Below are positions 54,940 to 64,000 of a stretch of DNA of 64,000 bases, one piece after another. Every line of letters starts with the position of its first letter. The stretch's first letter is position 1. The notes beneath the pieces were generated by a model. That model did not search any database. It saw nothing but the letters and a program-made list of their open reading frames with translations, and was not told where the DNA came from. The stretch comes from Octopus sinensis (Eukaryota). The DNA is taken from positions 51,088,001 through 51,152,000 of the forward strand of contig NC_043004.1 in assembly GCF_006345805.1 (NCBI RefSeq), in the 5' to 3' direction. The position numbers and the translations under genes were made by a program.

Positions 54940-55081
54940 TGATAATGGTTGAAAAGAGATAACAAATGGTCCCACCACTACTTCCCAAATAAAACATACC
55001 CACACATGCATGCCTACACACACACAGCCCAAAATCAATGACTGAAAGCTATTTTCAGAATCAAGATGTTATATTTCTTAC

Positions 55082-55173
55082 CAGGAGAGACAATCTCACG
55101 TCCAACAGCCAGTTCGCCATCTTGACCTTTGGTCAGTTCAACCATAGTGGACAGTGACAGCTGGCTGGTACGT
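55082..55173 (-). CDS. MAP3K1: MAP3K1 exon 4 in window (92 bp; [30 protein letters not shown])
   Basis: ctcttctttcag acceptor, gtaaga donor; near-identical to MEKK1 [27 protein letters not shown]; phase 2 to 1. Confidence 0.97.
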
Positions 55174-55417
55174 CTGAAAGAAGAGACAAAAAGAGGGCAG
55201 GGTAAAATGTTTGGCAGAAACACTGTAACTGCCCCTGGTTCTATGATATGAAATCCCTGTTTTAAAGTGATCCAACTTTAAAACTTCACCAAAATTTTTT
55301 GTTAATTTATGTTCCAAACACAAGATGAATAAAGACAAAAATACTTCTATATTTTCCAGCATGAAATTCAAATTTTTTCAGATCAAAATTTACAGTTAAG
55401 AAAGCCAGGACAAGTTA

Positions 55418-55635
55418 CGAGGGGCCACTGAAAAGTTCCTGGCTTTGGGTAAAAGGAAATGCAGGAGGATCAGTTAATTATGATTTTATTCAACATATTC
55501 CCCTCTCAGATTTGCACACTTATTGTTAACAGTCCTTCAGTTTTTCTAAGCCCTGTAAAAGAACTCAAAAGGTTGGACCTTCAACCAGGCCTTTCATGAA
55601 ACCCTTAAAGTCGGGAACTTTTCAGAACTCCCTCA
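55418..55635. mobile_element. Mariner-type MITE, same family as 30977-31193
   Basis: TA|cgaggggccactgaaaagttc...gaacttttcagaactccctca|TA; shared interior. Confidence 0.8.
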
Positions 55636-55876
55636 TATCCACCAAGACGACTTTAGAGGACCAAAGATTCCATGTGAAATACAGCACGGTTTGGAAAGAT
55701 AAGGGTGATGTTTGAATGGTTACACTACATGTGTATGCTATACATTACACTGACTTGCATGCTGGAAGAATATAAATTCTCTATTTTCTTCAAAATTAGT
55801 TGAAACAAAGGAAATGGTTTTCAACAGAAATATAGTAACAAAAAGGTTAGTAAATCAATAACACACACACACACAT

Positions 55877-55912
<36 letters not shown>

Positions 55913-56096
55913 TTATAGATAGATAGATAGATAGATATAGATAGATAGATAGACAGATAGATAGATAGACAGAGAGCTACATACATTCATATATACATGC
56001 ATACATACATACACACACATACATGTGTACACACACACACATATATACATACACACATACATAGATACATACAAACAAACAAACATATATATGTAG

Positions 56097-57245
56097 AAAT
56101 TAGTGTGTACCATGTATGCCCAAGAGGCATAGTGGGATCAAAGGTAAACAGGTTAAGGGGGAAAGGTAGATTTTGTATGTGGCAAACACATAGGAGCAGA
56201 CAGCAGTAAGAGTACACATGAAATAAATACTTTCAAATACATGGAAGGCTCCAAAATAGTAGTCGAGGGCTTTTGTTAGCTCGGTGATCTAATTAGCAGT
56301 AGAGGTGGGTGTTCCAAAAGCACAGTAGCTAGAGTAAGAATGGAGTACAAAAAAAAATGGGGTAGGTATTTCTGCTGGCAACAAAGGATTTCTCCATCAG
56401 AGTGAAAGGTAGATTCTGTGATGCTTGCGTATAAACTGTATGGGTCGTACTACATGGGGCTTTGAAAACAGAGGATTTGCAAAGATTAAAATGAAATGAA
56501 GTGGGTATACTCTGCTGGGTGTGTAATGTTAGCATGCGTGAAGAACAGAGCACAAATGAGCTAATAGAAATGCTGGATACTCTCTTTTACTCTTTTACTT
56601 GTTTCAGTCATTTGACTGCGGCCATGCTGGAGCACCGTCTTTAGTCGAGCAAATCGACCCCGGGACTTATTCTTTGTAAGCCCAGTACTTATTCTATCGG
56701 TCTCTTTTGCCGAACTGCTAAGTGACAGGGACATAAACACACCAGCATCAGTTGTCAAGCGATGGTGGGGGGACAAACACAGACACACAAACACACACAC
56801 ACATACATATATATATATACATATATACGACAGGCTTCTTTCAGTTTCCATCTACCAAATCCACTCACAAGGCATTGGTCGGCCCGGGGCTATAGCAGAA
56901 GACACTTGCCCAAGATGCCACGCAGTGGGACTGAACCCGGAACCATGTGGTTGGTAAGCAAGCTACTTACCACACAGCCACTCCTGCGCCTATAAGAAGA
57001 ATTGGATATAGGGTGCAAGAGAGAGGACAACACTGATGGACATATAAGGAGGATGCTGGCTGTATGAGGAAGTGTTAAGCACTTGAAGTAGAATGAACAT
57101 ATAGAAGAGAGAGAGAGAAGAGAAGGAAAGACCTAGGATGAAGAGGTGAAGACCAATCAACAAGTTGAAGATGATGAACATCACAAAGGGGATAGTAAAG
57201 GACTGTGGTGGGTTGCAACATGATGTACTACAAGAAATCAACCCC
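56097..57245 (+). mobile_element. RTE-clade LINE 3' fragment interrupted by a SINE (56581-56990)
   Basis: FC*LGDLISSRGGCSKSTVARVR, KDFSIRVKGRFCDACV, ALKTEDLQRL..NE, then a GRP-containing C-terminus after the SINE. Confidence 0.7.
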
Positions 57246-60200
57246 ACCCCCAATACATGAATGGCAAATCAAGTTTTAAAACAGTGAAGATTTTGGATGT
57301 ATAATACCTACATGTGGGGCCCCCTTGTCTGTCATGCCCCTTTTAACTCTTTGAATACAGAAAGTAGATATTTCCACTCACAATTCTATTGCAGTTAACT
57401 TTAGGAAGTGGTTTTGCCCAATGGCTCTTTTACTCTTTCACTTGTTTCAGTCATTTGACTGTGGCCACGCTGGAGCACCACCTTTTGTGAAGCAAATCGA
57501 CCCAGGACTTATTCTTTGTAAGCCTGGTTCTTATTCTATCGGTCTCTTTTGACGAACCACTAAGTTACGGGGATGTAAACACACCAGCATCAGTTGTCAA
57601 GCGATGTTAAGGGGACAAACACAGACACATAAACACACACACATATAAATGTATACGACAGGCTTCTTTCAGTTTCCATCTACCAAACCCACTCACAAGG
57701 CTTTGGTCGGCCCAAGTAGAAGACACTTGCCCAAGGTGCCACACAGTAGGACTGAACTCGGGACCATGTGGTTTGTAAGCAAGCTACTTACCACACAGCC
57801 ACTCCTACGCCTATAAGTAAAAATACCTTTCCTTATGTTGTGAGTAGCAGAGACACCTTCAGTGACAATGTCATTGTCATCGTGATCGTCATCACCACCA
57901 CCCTTCACCATCATCATTTAATGTCCTTTTTTCCATGCTGGCACAGGTTAGATGGTTTGACAAGAACAGACAAACCAGAGGGCTCCACCAGGTTTCTACA
58001 GCTGGATGCCCTTCCTAACACCAGCCACTTTACAGAGTGGATTGGATGCTTTTTACACAATCACTAGTGAGGTTGCCAAATACCCACAAGATAAGACCCC
58101 TCAACTGAGTGGGGTATAGACAGGAGGAATAAGAAACTATGATAATTAAGTTGTTGGACCATGAAATTTAATTATGTAATCAGAGGGTTAAACACATCCT
58201 TTCTCTCCCACCCTTTCCTTTGTAAACCCTCTCATCTATTACACACCCTTTCTCGTATTTACTGTACCATTCTGCTTGTCTAAAAGATGATGTTGCTTCT
58301 GTCCATATTCAATACCATACTGCTCACATCATCCTTTATCTCTCAGCTTCTCTTCACCCATCATGCCACCTGTGGTAATAAGAGATGGCTTCAGCGCTCT
58401 CCATATTCAACCACCACTACTGATCATTACCTTTTTCTTTTTATTGCTTGCCACCACTCTCATTCATTCTCTGTCCCTAACACTCCACTAAAATCTACTG
58501 CTCTTTCTCTTACCATTACCCCCATCCCTCTCTCCTTACTCCATCTTCTATCATTCACTGTTGATATTAATAACATACATCACCCTCTCTTTCCCTCATT
58601 TCCATTATTTCCTCTTCAACCATCCTATCTAAGATAGGGCTGGATTTACTACAGGTCAATATTGCTAATCAGCCACATGGTTCCGGGTTCAGTCCCACTG
58701 CGTGGCATCTTGGGCAAGTGTCTTCTGTGATAGCCCCGGGCCGACCAATACCTTGTGAGTGGATTTGGTAGACAGAAACTGAAAGAAGCCTGTCGTATAT
58801 ATGTATATATGTATGTGTGTTTGTGTGTCTGTGTTTGTCCCCCTAGCATTGCTTGACAACCGATGTCAGGGGTCAGGGGTTCCTTTAGCTTAGATAAGTC
58901 TAAAGCTTGGAGTTAAAAATTAAAAGATATTTTTACGGCAATGAAATAAATAATTTGTATTTGTTTTTTTTACTTACTCTTTTACTCTTTTACTTGTTTC
59001 AGTCATTTGACTGCGGCCATACTGGAGCACCGCCTTTAGAGTGAGAGAAAGTTGTGGCGAAAGAGTACAGCAGGGATCACCATCACCCCCTGCTGGAGCC
59101 TCGTGGAGCTTTAAGTGTTTTCGCTCAATAAACACTCACAACGCCCGGTCTGGGAATCGAAACCGCGATCCTACAACCGCAAGTCCACTGCCCTATCCAC
59201 TGGGCCATTGCGCCGCCTACTTGTTTAAATTTTTTTAATCCACTACTTTTTTTAAACAGTATTGATCCCTCTTTTGAATTAATGGGACCTTTTTAAATTT
59301 AAAAAGCCACTAAATTTAACTGCAACCCTCTGAATTTATTGAGGCCCTTTCAAGCTTATGGGGGGTGGGGGGCTCTTCAAACTCTTTCAGGCCCCTTGTT
59401 TTAATGGGGCCCATTTTATTATCTTGTTTTGAATTATCATACTCATCGAGGCCCGCCCCCAAACCTATTAGCCCAATCTTCCTTCTATCATTCTCTCCAA
59501 AGCAGGCCTAGAGCTACACAGCAACAATGACAAAAAGAAAGACATATTAGATAATGTAGTCCAAGATATATTAAGCTAAAAGCATCTTTGATCACATGTC
59601 TGCTGGACCAAGGCTGACCTAGGGTTCAAAAGATAATAATCTCAAAGAAGAACATATGATTACATAGTGTAATCTTTGATGGACTATGTCAATAAAATAC
59701 AAGATGATCACAGCTGGATCCAGACTTTGCTCACAGATTTGTTAAATCAGTGCTGATCTTGGACTAACAACGACAACAACAACAGCAGTGGAGGCACAAT
59801 GGTGGTTAGGGCAGTGGACTCACGGTCGTAAGAACGCGGTTTTGATTCCCAGACCGGGCATTGCGAGTGTTTATTGAACAAAACCACCCAAGCTCCACAA
59901 GGCTCCGGCGGGGTGGGGTGGTGAACCCCGCTTTCACCACAACTTTCTCTCACTCTTTCTTCCTACTTCTGCCACAAAGCAGAGGAACCATGTAACCCAC
60001 TATGGTGTGGTAAACTTTCAGACCCTAGTCTAGATCACGAATCCTCTGTACCCCAGGATGGTTCAGCTCTCCACCCGTTAAAAGCCACCATTTACGGAAA
60101 GAGGATAACAACATAGCTTTCGCACCCGGGCAACTGCCACTCTATCGCATGTGGTGGGTGGATCTTCAAGTTGCCACACGCATTCTTAGTAGCTTAGAGT

Positions 60201-60341
60201 AGGCTCGAATTAGAGATTATTCTTTGTGGCTAATGGCTTGAGTCCTGATTGGAAGAAGAAAAAGACAACAACAGCAGTGAGGGTGGGTCGGACAGGTTGA
60301 AAGTTGAAAGAAACACCAGGTGGCAGAAGAAAGAAACTTAC

Positions 60342-60463
60342 TTGTTTCCATCTGTACATTTAATAATGATGGCTTCAATAACAGGTTTTAAGATGATCTG
60401 TAACCGTTTCCTCTGTTGTTTGTCTCGGCATGGTGTGTACGACAGCAACGCTCGGAGAGTGCG
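60342..60463 (-). CDS. MAP3K1: MAP3K1 exon 3 in window (122 bp; RTLRALLSYTPCRDKQQRKRLQIILKPVIEAIIIKCTDGN); absent from the ORF track
   Basis: ttttcttctttag acceptor, gtaagt donor; matches MEKK1 KTLRAMLVYTPC...LQRLLQPVVDTILVKCAD; phase 0 to 2. Confidence 0.96.
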
Positions 60464-61818
60464 CTAAAGAAGAAAAGAAAAAAGACCAGAAGGTCTGACT
60501 CTTACTCAAAGGGGAAGTAACTCAACTTGGAATTTGGTAAATGAGGAACAGAGAAAAAACATTTCATTTCATATATCATGGCACAGGCAGTTAGAAGCTG
60601 GTTTCTCGACCATATGGTTCCAGGTTCAGTTCCACTGCATGGCACCATGAGCAAGTGTCTTCTACTACAGCCTCAGGCCAACCAAAGCCTTGTAAGTGGA
60701 TTTGATAGATGGAAACAGAAAGAAGCTGACTGCATATATATATATATATATATATATATGCTTTAGTAGAAGACACTTGCCCAAGGTTCCACACAGTGGG
60801 ACTGAACCCTGAACCAGGTAGTTCGTAAGTAAGCTACTTACCACACAGCCACTCCTATGCCTTTATTTTATCAATCCCCCACAAGAATAAAAAGTAAGGT
60901 TGATCTGGCCAAAATTTGAACTCAGAATATAAAGAGTTAGAACAAATACTGCTCTGCATGGATTTAGTTAGATAACGAGTGGGCGAAATGCGTAGCCGTA
61001 TTTCATCGGCCATTATGTTCTGAGTTCAAATTCCGCCGAGGTCGACTTTGCCTTTCATCCTTTCAGGGTCGATTACATAAGTACCAGTTACGCACTGGGG
61101 TCGATGTAATCGACTTAATCCGTTTGTCTGTCCTTGTTTGTCCTCTCTGTGTTTAGCTCCTTGTGGGTAGTAAAGAAATAAGTTAGATAATTTAAAAGGA
61201 AGGGCTAGTTGATTAAACTAATCCCAGTACTTGACTGACACTTTATTTTATCAACCCCAGAAGGTTAAATGACTAAGCTGACCTTGGCAGGATTTGAACA
61301 TGGAACATAAGGAGCTGGAACAAATACTGCAAGACGTTATATTCAACATTATATTTTTTTCAGCAAGATAATTTCTAACACAGATGATACAAAGTCACAG
61401 ATTTAAGGAGCAGGAACAGTTGATTTTGATTCAACAATCCTTATTTCTTTATTGCCCTCAAGAGGCTAAACATAGAGGAGACAAACAACGACAGACAAAC
61501 AGATTAAGTTGATTATATCGACTCCAGTGCATAACTGGTACTTATTTAATCGACCCTGAAAGGATGAAAGGCAAAGTCGACCTCGGCGGAATTTGAACTC
61601 GGAACGTGGCGGCAGGCGAAATACCGCTAAGCATTTCGCCCGGCGTGCTAACGTTTCTGCCAGCTCGCCGCCTTCAACAACCCTTAGCAGTCAACCAGTA
61701 CTTCTTTTATTAATCCTGAAAAGATGAAGAGAAAATGAAACCCCCATCTCAAGCTGTGTAAGTAAGGACAACAAAAACAACTTCAGCAAAATATCAAAGT
61801 AGAACAAAGTAAACTTAC

Positions 61819-62061
61819 AAGACATGAAATGAAGACTCTGTAGACAGGGTCTGCACACATGAATGCAAGCACGCTGCAACAACACTCCAGCATCTGATGG
61901 GTGGCAGTTTGTTGACTCGAAGATATCATCGCACCACTGCGACCTTCTCCAGAACCTCTCAGCAACGTGGAGACCATCTCACGACTCAGATACTTCAACG
62001 CAGCCTCTCGAATTGACCAGTTCCGTGAAAATAGACAGCACACGAGGTCCTCACCCAGAAC
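61819..62061 (-). CDS. MAP3K1: MAP3K1 exon 2 in window (243 bp), start of TOG/HEAT region (VLGEDLVCCLFSRNWSIREAAL...MCADPVYRVFISCL)
   Basis: ttcgccatag acceptor, gtaagt donor, 81 codons; matches MEKK1 LVGCLFSRNWNVRE and CCSVLSMVCADPVYKV. Confidence 0.97.
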
Positions 62062-63775
62062 CTATGGCGAAATATAGAAAGAGTAAAAATGGTAGTAGAG
62101 CAAGGGTACCCAATCTTTTTTGCACCATGGACCCATTTCGTCGTCATCATCATTATTATCATTTCACCGTGATCACCGTGACCAACCAGTCTATCAGATG
62201 TTGCTACACATCGCTGGTCACAATGCGCTTCACATTGTTTTAGCCTTCAAATGACACCACCCCGCTGGCTAAGCGAGCAGGCCAACAGAAGAAAGAATGA
62301 GAGAAAGTTGTGGTGAAAGAGTGCAGCAGGGATCACCACCAAATCCTGCTGGAGCCTTATGGAGCTGTAGGTGTTTTCGCTCAATAAACACTCACAATGC
62401 CTGGTCTGGGTATCGAAACCGCAATCCTGCAACTGTGAGTCCGCTGCCCTAACCACTGGGCCATTGCACCTCCAGATTATTATCATTTAATGTTTACTTT
62501 CCATGCTGGCATGGTATGAACTGTTTGACAGGAGGTGGCTAGCCAGACAGCTGCACCAGACTCTAATCGTCTGTTTTGGTATGATTTCTACAGCTGGATG
62601 CCCTTCCTAATACCAACCACTTTACAGTGTGCTGGGTGCTTTTACGTGGCACCAGTATTGGTGCTTTTACGTGGAACCCACACAAGTGATTTTTACATGA
62701 CAATCTTTTCCTTGAGCCAGGGTATCACACGTATAACAAAACACAATAAAATACGCAACATATAATTTAATCATAACATATATATAATACATATATTATA
62801 TATATAATACACATATAATGCAAAAACATCATGCAGACTGTGACAGAGGAACTCTGCAATTAGGGTACAGAGCATTAAGATTAACAAACCAAAAAACCTT
62901 TTGCAGAGCATTGGTAGAAGAAAGATGTGGAATTCTACTTCTGTTCTTGTAACAAAGTACTAGAAAGTAGGGGTAACTTATCACAAGAAATGGTTAACAG
63001 GCACTTCCTACATCAGTTTAGGCTACATGGTAATTCTTAAAAACATAAGTTCTCTTCAATAAAATCAGTATATCTATCTATCTATCTATCTATCTATATA
63101 TATATATAAGAGTATATAAGGCTCATCTTTGCATTATAACACAGAGCCATCTACTACTTTATCTAGATATCTTGGGAGATGTAAATGAATCTGGACAGAC
63201 TATAAAGATAGGGTAACCAGTTGGTTTTGTTTCTTGCTCTAAACTGTAGCAAGGACTAATTTCACAGCAGTATTAAATATACATGGATAAAAGGGTAAAG
63301 GATGAAAATCCCCTTTGGTTATGAATGACCATGGGATTGCACCAAGAAAGTTACCCTCCCAGGCACAAGTCCAGGCAAGGTTGTTTATGAAAGACCAGCA
63401 GTCGCCCATGCATACCAGCCTCCTCTCTCCATGCCCCCCAGTGTTATCCAAGAGAATGGCAAAGGCTGATACAGGTTGGCACCAGTGAGATGTTGCAACT
63501 CATTTCTATAGCTGAGTGAACTGGAGCAACATGAAATAAAGTGTCTTGCTCAAGAACACAACACACAGCCCAGTCTAGGAATTGAACTCACTGCCTCGTG
63601 ATTGTGAGCCTGACATTCAAACCATTGAGCCATACACCTTCACAGATATACATAGATTACTCTCTATATTTATACAAAACTCACACATTCATTTATCTCC
63701 TCCTTCACACACATGCTCTGACTCCAGTTTCTTTTTTTTTTTTTTGTCTTCTAAAAATGGTAAATCCATACATAC

Positions 63776-63893
63776 CTGGATCCAAGGTCGAGCTGTGTCT
63801 CTGTATTCTACAGGAACTGGTTCAGCATACGGAAGTCTTAAGTCATCTGGAATCAATGGTGAAGAAACTTCTCCTTGGCTGATGCCTGTTTCA
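63776..63893 (-). CDS. MAP3K1: MAP3K1 internal exon 1 in window (118 bp; ETGISQGEVSSPLIPDDLRLPYAEPVPVEYRDTARPWIQ); gene continues upstream beyond the window
   Basis: Ends PWIQ|gtatg; resembles vertebrate MEKK1 IPPAYKDLAEPWIQ; acceptor ...ctacctttaatcag is the most plausible (less certain than the donor); phase 0 end joins next exon. Confidence 0.85.
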
Positions 63894-64000
63894 CTGATTA
63901 AAGGTAGATGGAGAAAATGTTCCAATGAAAAGTATAAAAAAAAATGTCTGCAGTCAAGAGACAGACTGATCAGATTAAAAACAAAACGGTATTAGGCTAA

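Noticed and set aside
63894-63953. Alternative acceptor ttgactgcag extending the first exon
   Set aside because: The intervening sequence is a T-rich pyrimidine tract better read as intron; cannot be excluded without cDNA

Overview
Repeat-rich animal genomic DNA, most likely from an octopus. This is inferred from dense TA/CA/CAT/TAA microsatellites and the SINE families present, not from a search. One protein-coding gene is supportable: the 3' part of MAP3K1/MEKK1 on the minus strand. It has 12 GT-AG exons from 63893 down to the stop at 30272, about 1078 aa in one continuous frame, covering the TOG/HEAT region, a low-complexity linker and a complete kinase domain. The 5' exons lie beyond the window. 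The rest is transposon-derived: an internally deleted Ty3/gypsy element, an R4/Dong-type LINE end sitting in a TAA microsatellite, RTE, Penelope-like and Merlin remnants, mariner/piggyBac/Helentron-like MITEs, many SINE copies, a 1.29-kb near-identical duplication and a 100-N gap. Most ORFs in the supplied track are microsatellite artefacts. Two RNA-level observations in the MAP3K1 pre-mRNA stand out. (1) A complete type I hammerhead ribozyme fold lies on the sense strand of the intron after the first kinase exon (43034-43085). (2) An inverted, diverged copy of an upstream MAP3K1 exon and its 3' splice site lies in the same intron (44588-44790) and could pair with that exon as an ADAR editing-complementary sequence. 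Further variant or dead hammerheads and many long hairpins occur. All functional claims are untested inferences.
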